From Cyanophora paradoxa CCMP329 (Eukaryota > Plantae > Glaucophyta), in the NCBI GenBank assembly GCA_004431415.1, contig QPMI01000005.1:248001-312000 (forward strand): a DNA stretch of 64,000 nucleotides. The letters are read 5' to 3'. Position 1 is the stretch's first letter. Each line of letters starts with the position of its first letter. The notes beneath the pieces were generated by a model, which worked only from the letters and a program-made list of their open reading frames with translations, made no database searches and had not been told where the DNA came from. Made by a program: the position numbers and the translations under genes. Shown one piece after another: positions 9,829-18,910 of the stretch.

Positions 9829-10857
9829 ATGACTACTCAGATAGCAGTACCTGTTTTCTGTTATGCAGCACCAAAAATACATCAACTTAATCACACTGTC
9901 ACAGATGCTACACCAGGTTTTATTTGCACAGAGACAACAGGAGCTGATTCATTCTCTCAGAACTCTGTCATTAGATGCAAAGAAATAAGATGTGATCGCA
10001 ATAATGGGAAGGTGAGAACCACAGGTCTCATAGTATCAAATAAAAACCAAGTCCAATCAGGATCGATTGTTTCAGATTCAGCAATTTATGATGATGTGGG
10101 AGGGTTCACCACACCCAAACTAATAAATTTTGACAACACAAGCAATAATGCAGCTCTTGTTGTCAAGAGTGGAGGAGCTTACATTGGAGATGGGGCAAGG
10201 ATTGATGGAAATCTTGCAGCCAATCAAGTAAACATAACAGGAACAAGCACATTTACAGGGTTGGTGACAGCAAATGCTGGTATTTCGATACCCAATCAGT
10301 CCCAACAGATAATCCAAGCATTAACAAAAGTGATTACTCCTGAAATAGATACTGGATCTGCCACAAATCTGCTTTTTAAACGCAATAGCAATACTGTGGC
10401 ATTGCTTGAATCGAACTGTCTGACAATTAACACACAGAACTATTTTAAATATCAGTCCCAACCAAGATTCTGTGTTCAGCTAAACTATAATCATACAGCA
10501 ACAAGCGCCACTGCTTTGATAAATTGGGGAATCGTTCATTTAAATCATCCTACAAATCATTTTGCAGTTGCTAATGGGAGATTTACTGCTCCTGTTTCAG
10601 GGCATTACCGTTTTTCAGCAGTTACCTACTCACAAGCCTCATCACTACCCATAGAGCTTACTCTTCAAGTAAATGATGCAAACCCAAGTGGTGTTGCAAT
10701 AAATGTAATTGCCTCAAACACTGCTGGATACAAAACCATTTCGCTAAATTGTATTCTCTATATTGCTGCTAATGAGTATGTAACACTTGTTACAAATACA
10801 AATGGGGTTTATTCTTCTAAAACAGCATTTGCAGGTGAGCTTATCAGCATCACATAA
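9829..10857 (+). CDS. Fibre paralog 2 with C-terminal C1q/TNF-like domain
   Basis: Shared module IRCKEIRCDRNNGKVRTTGLIVSN; C-term PRFCV...NGRFTAPVSGHYRFS...FAGELI is C1q-like. Confidence 0.8.
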   Translation: MTTQIAVPVFCYAAPKIHQLNHTVTDATPGFICTETTGADSFSQNSVIRCKEIRCDRNNGKVRTTGLIVSNKNQVQSGSIVSDSAIYDDVGGFTTPKLINFDNTSNNAALVVKSGGAYIGDGARIDGNLAANQVNITGTSTFTGLVTANAGISIPNQSQQIIQALTKVITPEIDTGSATNLLFKRNSNTVALLESNCLTINTQNYFKYQSQPRFCVQLNYNHTATSATALINWGIVHLNHPTNHFAVANGRFTAPVSGHYRFSAVTYSQASSLPIELTLQVNDANPSGVAINVIASNTAGYKTISLNCILYIAANEYVTLVTNTNGVYSSKTAFAGELISIT

Positions 10858-10879
10858 ATTTTCTCACCATAAAATAGGA

Positions 10880-11146
10880 ATGTCGAATATCTACCAAGTA
10901 GTCCTCTCAGATACTGAAAAACTGGGAATGGAATATTGCTCTGCTTCTGTTCAGAATTGGATTGACAATGCAGCCCACAACAGAGCAAGAATTGCAATTG
11001 ATGAGATTGTTCAGAAAGAAATTCAGTCTTGCATTTCGGGAGGAGTTCAAATACCAACCTCAAAGGAAGCTATTGTTTTACAGGCATTCCAAAGGGGGAC
11101 TGTGAAAAAAGCAATCGAGTATAACATTGTCACAGAAGAACAATGA
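10880..11146 (+). CDS. Small phage-like fibre-associated protein
   Basis: MSNIYQVVLSDTEKLGMEY...QNWIDNAAHNRARIAIDEIV...IPTSKEAIV; recalled resemblance to small hypotheticals beside C1q tail-fibre genes in aquatic phages; ATG 10880 follows an A-rich leader. Confidence 0.55.
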   Translation: MSNIYQVVLSDTEKLGMEYCSASVQNWIDNAAHNRARIAIDEIVQKEIQSCISGGVQIPTSKEAIVLQAFQRGTVKKAIEYNIVTEEQ

Positions 11147-11181
11147 ACATTATTTTTCTTTCCTTCTTAGTAAAAGAAGCA

Positions 11182-12027
11182 ATGGGTGAATATAATCGAG
11201 TTCAACTGCCTATATATTCCCTTGGATCCCCTGCAATGCATTTTCGCCAGCATGAAGTAAATGATGAGGTTCGTGGTTTAGAATCCACAGAGAGACCCAA
11301 TTCCAATGGCAACTCCTTTGATAAAAATTCGATTATTCGAGTTAAAGAGCTGAGAGCTGATAAGAATTCAGGTGTGGTGAAAACAACTCGACTTCTTGTC
11401 ACAAATGCTAACTTTTTCCAGCCTACTAATGGAGGTCCTGATGCTTACAGTGTTGATCTGAAAGCCCTTGATTATGATAAAAACACTGCTGCTGTAACTG
11501 TGAGATCAGGAGGAGCATTTATTGGTGGTGGCTGCAGAGTTTCAGGTCAACTCTCATCCTCAATTTCGTATAATGATGTCCCAGATACTCTTGAGCAGAA
11601 TGTTGAAGACCCCCAACGAATTCGATTATATATACCAGTTGCACAACAGCCACTTATTCAATTTTACCAAGGTTATACTGTCACACTTGAAAACTCTGAA
11701 TTGATTGAAGGAACCAAAAGAGTAATGAGAGGGCTGGTCATTCCTTCTGCAATGCTTTCTTTATGTAGAGCCAACAATAACCAGCCAGGTCACAGATACA
11801 ATTTCAGTGTTCAGGGATATGATCATTTTGGCACAGGGTTCTGTGTTTATAATAACAATTTCACCTATGATCTGTTTGTTACAGATATTGGAAAATATAC
11901 AATTACAGTTATGGGTATCAGAACAGATATAGCTGCTGTCTCAGCTCTTAGAGGTGTTACTCCTGATACTCTTTCTCAAACAGGGTTTTACCAAGAGCCA
12001 GATGTAATTGATGACCCAACCCCATAA
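11182..12027 (+). CDS. Fibre paralog 3 (shared N-terminal module, unrelated C-terminal domain)
   Basis: IRVKELRADKNSGVVKTTRLLVTN...VRSGGAFIGGG; ATG 11182 preceded by GTAAAAG. Confidence 0.7.
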   Translation: MGEYNRVQLPIYSLGSPAMHFRQHEVNDEVRGLESTERPNSNGNSFDKNSIIRVKELRADKNSGVVKTTRLLVTNANFFQPTNGGPDAYSVDLKALDYDKNTAAVTVRSGGAFIGGGCRVSGQLSSSISYNDVPDTLEQNVEDPQRIRLYIPVAQQPLIQFYQGYTVTLENSELIEGTKRVMRGLVIPSAMLSLCRANNNQPGHRYNFSVQGYDHFGTGFCVYNNNFTYDLFVTDIGKYTITVMGIRTDIAAVSALRGVTPDTLSQTGFYQEPDVIDDPTP

Positions 12028-12050
12028 AAGATATATCCCTTTAATGTAAA

Positions 12051-12883
12051 ATGGCTGAGCAACCCCCACTTGAACGAATTATTACACCTCAACTATCATT
12101 AGCTGCCCCAGCAAACCATGTTTTACAGCATGCTACCTTTGATGATGTGGAGGGTCTCCAATCCACAGAGGTCCAACCTACAATGAACACATTTGGTTCC
12201 ACCCACAAGCTGAGATTAAAGGAACTCAGATGTGATAAAAATAATGGAATAGTTAAGACGACTAAGCTACTTGTGACAAATGCAAACTTTTCTGCTCATT
12301 ATGGAGACCCAGATAGCTATGGAGATCCTCTTTCTACTTATTCTTTTGAATCTAGGTCTGGAGCTATTAACTGCAAATCGGGGGAGCTTATATTGGTGAT
12401 GGTCTTAGGGTTGGTGGGGCTGTTGGAGCGCCTTTATTTGTGAATGATCAACCCAATCCCATTGATCCCAACACAAGAATTCGAACCTATGTCCCCAGCA
12501 TGAATGCCCCATACATTATAAAGATATTCCCCATTGTAGTAAATGAACAAACAGCAGTAGTAGACTCTCTTGTTGAGATTGGTGACCACTACAAGGTAGT
12601 TGTGGATATTCCACCAGATGTTTATGCTCTTTGTCAAGTAGAGGGAGGAACTCCTAATTTTGCAGTTGTGATCACCCCATATGATAATTTCGGAATTGCT
12701 TATCATGGAGTCAATTTCGGTTTGGAAGACTATCAGTTTCTGGTGAGAGCCACCAAGTTTGGTATCTACAAGTGTGTATTATATGCTGAGAGAACCGATT
12801 TTATTGCAAAGCAGAATACCTATGCTGAATACTATGGCACAAATCGATATTTCCCCATTTTCGGGCAGGATACTGCTCCATAA
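12051..12883 (+). pseudogene. Fibre paralog 4, split by a 1-nt frameshift in a G run at 12380-12384
   Basis: LRLKELRCDKNNGIVKTTKLLVTN; adding one G restores KSGGAYIGDGLRV (paralog KSGGAYIGDGARI) and fuses ORFs 12051..12443 and 12440..12883. Confidence 0.75.
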
Positions 12884-12905
12884 GAATATTGGTTATATAT
12901 AGAGT

Positions 12906-13178
12906 ATGGATACTAAAACAAAAAAGTTTATTGATGCTGCTATGACAGTTCATGGTAAAGATAAATTCGATTACAGTGAGACACATTACATCAAAGCTCA
13001 AGAGAAAGTATCTGTTAGATGTTTGCAATGTAACAAGGTGATCCTTACCTATCCCTTTAATCATGTGAAGGGATCAGGTTGCAGGGAATGCAACAAAAAA
13101 CATTCTCAGGCTTACAGGAAAAGGGCTTCTTCATCAATCACAGTGGAATATAGGGATATTTGCATTAGGTTCGATTAG
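12906..13178 (+). CDS. Stand-alone DUF723-like zinc-binding domain protein
   Basis: FIDAAMTVHGKDKFDYS...VRCLQC...NHVKGSGCREC matches the repeat unit found in viral homing-endonuclease-like proteins; no nuclease domain follows. Confidence 0.7.
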   Translation: MDTKTKKFIDAAMTVHGKDKFDYSETHYIKAQEKVSVRCLQCNKVILTYPFNHVKGSGCRECNKKHSQAYRKRASSSITVEYRDICIRFD

Positions 13179-13207
13179 GATTAATTCATTTTTCTAAGGT
13201 ATTCTTA

Positions 13208-13606
13208 ATGGAGACTAAATACAGAGGCTTTCATGTTATGCTTGATTACAAGGCTAAATCAGCTATTGCAACAGGACATGAGCATGTAAGCTTCCTAGGT
13301 AATTGGATTATGGGAACCCTTGAACAAGCAGTATTGAGACAAGGTATTAGGATTGTTCATAAGCATTGTGAGATATTTGATGGCAAACTATCACCTCCTG
13401 GTTTTGCTTTGGTTCTGCTATTAGATGAAAGCCATTGTACAGCTCATTGTTATTCCAATGAAGGCATGTTAGCAATTGATATATTCAGTTGTGGTAAAGA
13501 AGCTCAGCATAAAACACAATCAGTAGCAGATGAGATCGATAAAACAATGAATTTCCTCACATTTGAGAAGACTGAGAGACATAAACATGATAGATTCCCG
13601 TTTTGA
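13208..13606 (+). CDS. speD: S-adenosylmethionine decarboxylase proenzyme, short prokaryotic class (pyruvoyl-dependent)
   Basis: 132 aa; GFHVMLD...PPGFALVLLLDESHCTAHCY...AIDIFSCG with the E/SH self-cleavage site and conserved Cys. Confidence 0.85.
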   Translation: METKYRGFHVMLDYKAKSAIATGHEHVSFLGNWIMGTLEQAVLRQGIRIVHKHCEIFDGKLSPPGFALVLLLDESHCTAHCYSNEGMLAIDIFSCGKEAQHKTQSVADEIDKTMNFLTFEKTERHKHDRFPF

Positions 13607-13651
13607 TGGGTTTCTATAATGAATTTCTAAAGGATTCCTTTGTTTTCTAAC

Positions 13652-13727
13652 AATAACATTGATAAGCTACTGTAACAAAAAGATATAATATATCCTTTCA
13701 CTACAGTAGCTTTATACAATGATTATT
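13652..13727 (+). terminator. Imperfect hairpin downstream of last viral gene, possible 3'-end signal
   Basis: Perfect 11-bp stem AAGCTACTGTA (13664-13674)/TACAGTAGCTT (13702-13712), extendable with bulges on both sides. Confidence 0.45.
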
Positions 13728-13849
13728 TTCCGGATTCCGGACATTTTTTACGATAGAATTCTATTGTAAGTAATTGGAATAATGTTCGATTTCATTACAG
13801 TAAAATTCAACATTCCCCTTGATTCCCCCTATTATATAATATTTATATT

Positions 13850-14564
13850 AAAGTGGACTCAAGGTTGACTCATATTAATCGTAAAAGTAGTAATAGTATA
13901 TGGATTTTGTTACGAATTCAATGCAAGGGTTGACTAAGTGGGTTGAGTTGACTCAAATTTCACAGGAAATATTTGGGACCAAAAGTTTTCTAAAAAGGAT
14001 TTCAAAAAATGTGTCAACTCCCCCCACTTAGTCAACCCTGACCATAAACAGTAAGGATTTGAGCTAACATGTATCACAAAGTGAACATTTTGAGTCCACT
14101 TAGAAGATCCACTTTTGAAATCCAAGTTGATTTTGCTTGAAATTTCAAAGTTGATCTAAAAGTGAGTCCACCCTGATTGATTATGGTAACAAAGTTGACT
14201 AAGTTGACTAAGTTGAGTCATCTTAAGAAATTCAAAGAGACTAAGAGTTCAAAATGTTTATGAAAAGTGAGTCAACTTAGACCACTTCTGATAACAAAGT
14301 TAAATATTTAATTGATTTAATCGGAAAAGAACATGATTTAATCGAATTTATTGATATAATTCCGATTAGATTCATTTAGGATTCAATTAAGATCAATCGA
14401 AGTTATTGATATAATTCCGATTAACTACAATTAAGATACAATATCGATTAATCGAGTTTATCGATATAAAATCGATTAAATTAATTGAAAATGCATATAA
14501 AAATATGAAAATTCAGGTGAAAATTCAAATAAATTAATCGATTTTATTGATATAACATCGAATC
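13850..14564. repeat. Non-coding viral terminal region with short iterated motifs
   Basis: Recurrent GTTGACTAAG/GAGTCAAC motifs (13850-14290), then TGATTTAATCG, TTGATATAATTCCGATTA x2 and ATCGATTAA motifs (14310-14560). Confidence 0.7.
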
Positions 14565-14637
14565 ACACATATGAATATTCATATTTTAATCCTGAGGCGG
14601 AACGCCGAGGGATTAAAATATGAATATTCATATGTGT
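14565..14637. repeat. Terminal hairpin: perfect 28-bp inverted repeat around a 17-nt GC-rich core
   Basis: ACACATATGAATATTCATATTTTAATCC (14565-14592) is the exact reverse complement of 14610-14637; core TGAGGCGGAACGCCGAG. Confidence 0.95.
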
Positions 14638-16665
14638 ACGGGCTCGGGCTGGGCGTTGCGCTTGTAGTCGGGACGCTCGAGGGGCTGGGTGTGGGTGTGA
14701 ATTGGAGCGTGGTGGCTGAAGCCGTGTCCGATTGAGGCGAGGTGCCAGCGCTGTTGGTGAGAGTTGCGCTGCACGTGTACGTTGTGAGGACCGAAAGCCC
14801 TGTCACGTCGACGTCGCGAACAGCCTCGTCCGTTGGAGCCGCACCAAACTGAAACATGCCGTACCCGCCATCGATCGCGATGGACGATGTACCCGTGAAT
14901 GATTGCGCGGGGTTCGCGTCATTGACGCAGACGACGGTTACGAGGTTCACGGGGCTGCCGTTCTCGTCCCCCTGCGTCCACAGCACCCGCGCCCTGATGG
15001 ACGTCGCCGACGGGTTCACGGAGAGGAGGACCGGCTTGCTCGGAGGCAATGCGGCGGCCGTCGAGCCGGAAACCGGCGTTGACTCCACTGAGTCCTTGCC
15101 GTTGACGTTCTCCAGCGTGGCTTTGCACGAGTACGAGGTCGACGCGGTCAGACCGCTTGTGATCACGACGGTCTACGTAAAACCTCGGGTTCAGAACACG
15201 CATAGCATGGTATAGAACAATCTTTTTACCGTTGACGTGCTGGACTCGAGCAGGGTCGCTGTGATGGTGGAAGAGCCGCAGGTGACTGCCAGCTGGGGGT
15301 ACTGCGACTCCCATTAGCAGCCGCGGAGCTCGCGATCGAGCGCGAGCCTTCATGACTGGCTGCCAATACTCGCACCCGTTTGAACGCGAATGCCTGGGTG
15401 TCCCACTCCCTGTCTAAACCGTTGACGGCCACCGTGGTCTTGCCACCGCCGCTGCTGACCAAGCCGCTGTTCGACGCGTAGGTGACCAAGACGCTGAGAG
15501 CCGTCGGGCCCGTCCCGATGACGCTCGCCACAGTGGGCTTCAGAGGCGTGGTGGTCAAGGCGGTGTCGGTGTAGGTTACGGGCGCAGAGATTTGGCCGGT
15601 GCTGTCCGTGACCCACACGGCGCAGGTGTACTGGGTCGAGGGCTGTAGGTTACCCACCAGAATATCGACATTCGTACCCGACGAGGCCGAGAGAAGAAAA
15701 CTCTGGCCTCGGTCTCCGCAGACGACCACGCCCTCGGGCCCAGAGTTGAGGCCGGAGTAGTCGATGACGAGCTGAAGGCTGTTCGTTCGGTCCTCAACGT
15801 TCGTTACGGTGCCGGCCGCGACGCGGGCGACCTTTGCAGTAGGGATTGCGGGTGAGGGCGAGGGCGTCGCCGTTGGGGGCGCCTGCGTGGTGGCCGATTC
15901 CGACGCCGACGGAGTCGAGGTGCCGGCAGAGTTCGACACGGTCGAGTCGCAGCTGTACGTCGTGCCGGGCGCCAGGCCGGTGATCGATACCGTAGCTGAC
16001 GAGGTACCCGACGCGATGGCGGTGTTCTGGAAGACGAAGGCCGTGGACCCAGCTGAACAACGTACAGTAATTTTCGTGTAGCTATCGAAACCCGTACCGC
16101 CCGCGTTGACGTTGAAATTCACTGTCGACGTCATTGTCGTCTGCCCTGTGACAGCCAGAGACACTGCAGACCGCGGTGGGATTACAAATTAAATGCCAGC
16201 ATCGCACGAGATCTAGAGAAGCAAAGCGCACGCGAAGTCGGAGCCTCGGGAAGTGTGGTGGCAAGGAACATCGTCGTAGCGCCGGCCGTGAGAGCGCAGA
16301 GATACGTGGTCGACGGCGTCCCAAAGACGTATACTTTGTCGCCGGACACCATCGGACTCTGGGTAGGAGCTGCGCCAGTTCCAGACGCCCCTTCCTTGCA
16401 GGTCGCGGTCGGAACAGGCAAGCCATCGCGATCGAAGGTTGCCTCCACAAGAGTGGGGCTGAGGGGCACCACAGAAATGACGGTGATTGCTGCCGTTTGC
16501 CCCAGAGCCGAGCTGCAAGAAGCTGCACATACGCGTACGCTCGTAATCAGATCATTGGCGCAGTCTACATGTTAATCATGACAGTGCATGCGCACCGAGC
16601 AGCACGGCGATCGAGAAGAGCAGCACGATGCTATAGCTAGCGCTTGAATGGCGTTTCATCTGCAT
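14638..16665 (-). CDS. Host secreted fibronectin type III repeat, Ser/Thr/Pro-rich protein (spliced), truncated by the viral insertion
   Basis: Signal-like MQMKRHSSASYSIVLLFSIAVLL; repeated ITGLAPGTTYSC / VGNLQPSTQYTC / SGLTASTSYSC / VTGLSVLTTYTC FN3 motifs; TPSPSP linker runs straight into the hairpin. Confidence 0.75.
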
Positions 16666-18006
16666 AAATTCGAAGCTGTGAGGCATGCACATGGATATGG
16701 CCTCCCGGCCCATGATGTATGGCAAATTAAAAAATTAAAATGGCTACCATCTGCGGAATTAGGTCCGGATCAACCCCCTCATCATGAGACGCGTACGGGC
16801 GCAATTATGATCATGCATATGAGCAAGGCCCGGTGCGCGTCAGAGCTGGCTGACCATCAGTTGGATTTCGAAAACTTTACGAACCAGATACCGGAACGAT
16901 CGCGAGACGCGCACGACGGCACAGTATACGTACTAGCTATAGTGTGTGCCACGGTGCCGATCTGCAAGCTGAGGCCACTCCGGTAATTACTCTCTCAGGC
17001 GCGCGCGGCCGATCGCGAGGCCGCCGAGCTCGAGGGCGCGCGCCGGCGGCAATTGCAAACCTGAATTCGAAACTAGCACTCAAGTAAGCAGGGGACGGAC
17101 ATGCATATGTATACGTTTACGTACGCGTACAGCTATAGCGATAGATCTAGAGCTCCATGCATATGGCCAGCGTTCAACATATTTCCTAGGATCATCAGAT
17201 CCGGATATTAGGTCCTGGCTGCTCGCGATCGTCAAGTACGTCCGACGGTCGCGAGGGCGAACCAGATGTACACGAGCATACCGCAGTGCGCAGATTTAGA
17301 ACCAGCTGCAGACTATGAAGCCCGGCGCCGGCCATGGCCGCTGATCGCGAGTGCTGCATGCGCACTGCGGCAGCTGCGCATGCATTGCAATTGGGTCCAG
17401 GCTGCCAGGCTGGAGCAGCTTCGAATTCAGTGCCCGCGGCCCCGGCCTGCAAACCGCCGGAACTGATGAACCCGGCGGTCAAAGCTATCTGCAATACCAG
17501 CTGCAGGCTTCGCACGTTTACGTATACGTATACTTATACGCACACGTTTACGGCGTAATTACTATGTATGCTACGTATGCTTTGCATGCCATCGTACCGT
17601 AGACCAGTCCGTAGTACTACCGTAGTACGGTAGTACTAGGCTTCGCGTACCGCGGCGTACGTATACGTAATACCGGCCCGGCCGCAGGCCCGCATGCCGC
17701 AGTGCGCACTGCGGCAGCACTCGTTCAACGGTTGCAGTCTTGCAGACTGCGCAGGCCGCCGGGCCGGGCACTGCAAGCGCTAACAGTCTGCTATTAAAAT
17801 ATTAGGCAGCCGCTTCAAGGCTTAGCTGCCGCTAGCGCAGCACTGCGGCTGCCGCAGTGCAGTGCGGCACTGCCGGCGTCTGCCGCAGTGCGGCAGCCGC
17901 AGACTAAGCCATGGCCAGCACTGCGGCAGTACTAGTCACTGAGTAGCCAGAATTTCGAAGCCTTTTAAAATTGAAGGAAGCTTCAACTAGTACTATTATA
18001 TCTATA

Positions 18007-18265
18007 CCGTAAAACACAATAATATGACGGTCAAATTTATGTCGTTTTAAAACCGGATCCTTCTCTATGCGAAATATGACGTCCCCAAATTATGTCGGCA
18101 TGAGATTTTCAGGCTTGTATGGGACGGTAAATTTGATGGGGTACTACGGTACTACTGAGCGTGCCCTGCTATGACGGTCCCAAATTATGTCGTTATCTCA
18201 CGTGAGAGGCGACATAATTTGGGGATGACATAATAAAGTACAGACCTTAATATTCTGCATTACGG
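18007..18265. mobile_element. MITE, TA-flanked (Tc1/mariner-pogo-like)
   Basis: TA|CCGTAAAACACAATAATA ... TAATATTCTGCATTACGG|TA imperfect TIRs; internal AAATTATGTCG repeats in both orientations. Confidence 0.7.
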
Positions 18266-18668
18266 TATACGTAGTACTATAGCTATACTATGATAGCTAG
18301 CCTTCACTGACTCAGTGAGTCAAGGCTTCAGCGACGACGCTGGCAGCTGCAGCCTGGCACGCTGCGAGTCTGCGCATGCGACGTCGCGTCGTCGACGTCG
18401 CGATCGCGCGAGTTGAAATTCCCGATATCGATCGCGATTATCGCGATCGGATTGCTCGCCAACTCGTCGAATCATTGATCATGAACCTCAGAAAAACAAA
18501 CTCTACGACTGCCAAGTTGCGTCGATCGGACCGTCAATTGCAACTCAGTGACTTCAATGTGACTTACGACTCCGAGGCTCCGCCGCAGCGCTAGCGGCGC
18601 TGCGCGCTCCGGTCCGGATCCGGCGCGGACCGGATTCCGGAGTCCGGAGTCCGGACTTGGGGGGAGTA

Positions 18669-18910
18669 CCATAAAACACAATATTAATTCGCACGATATT
18701 AGTTCGTTCTAAGACCCGGACCCCGACCATTTCAATTAGTTCGGTTTCAAATTAGTGCGTTTATATATATTCGTTTCCAGTGTATGGGGCGGGGGCCGGG
18801 GTACACAATGTACGTCCTGTAATCAGTGCGGTCTCAAATTAGTGCGTTTTCACGGCAAAAAACGCACTAATTTGGTACCGAACTAATATTATGCGCGAAC
18901 TTATATTCTC
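18669..18910. mobile_element. Related MITE with degraded right end
   Basis: TA|CCATAAAACACAATATTA start, GACCCGGACCCC, repeated AATTAGTGCG/ATTAGTTCG. Confidence 0.55.

Larger units (their letters stand above)
1..14637. mobile_element. Endogenous DNA virus (Polinton-like virus / small NCLDV-related element), right-hand part
   Basis: AT-rich, intron-less, tightly packed ORFs including capsid, penton and fibre genes; abrupt switch to GC-rich intron-containing DNA at 14637/14638 right after a terminal hairpin. No polymerase, packaging ATPase or integrase in the visible part. Confidence 0.9.

Noticed and set aside
8947-12883. Diversity-generating retroelement acting on fibre heads
   Set aside because: No reverse transcriptase and no near-identical template/variable repeat pair differing at adenines in the window.
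1-14637. Bacterial prophage or contaminant contig
   Set aside because: Capsid and penton genes are of eukaryotic DJR-virus type, no Shine-Dalgarno pattern is evident, and the element joins a spliced host gene at a structured end. Read support is still needed.
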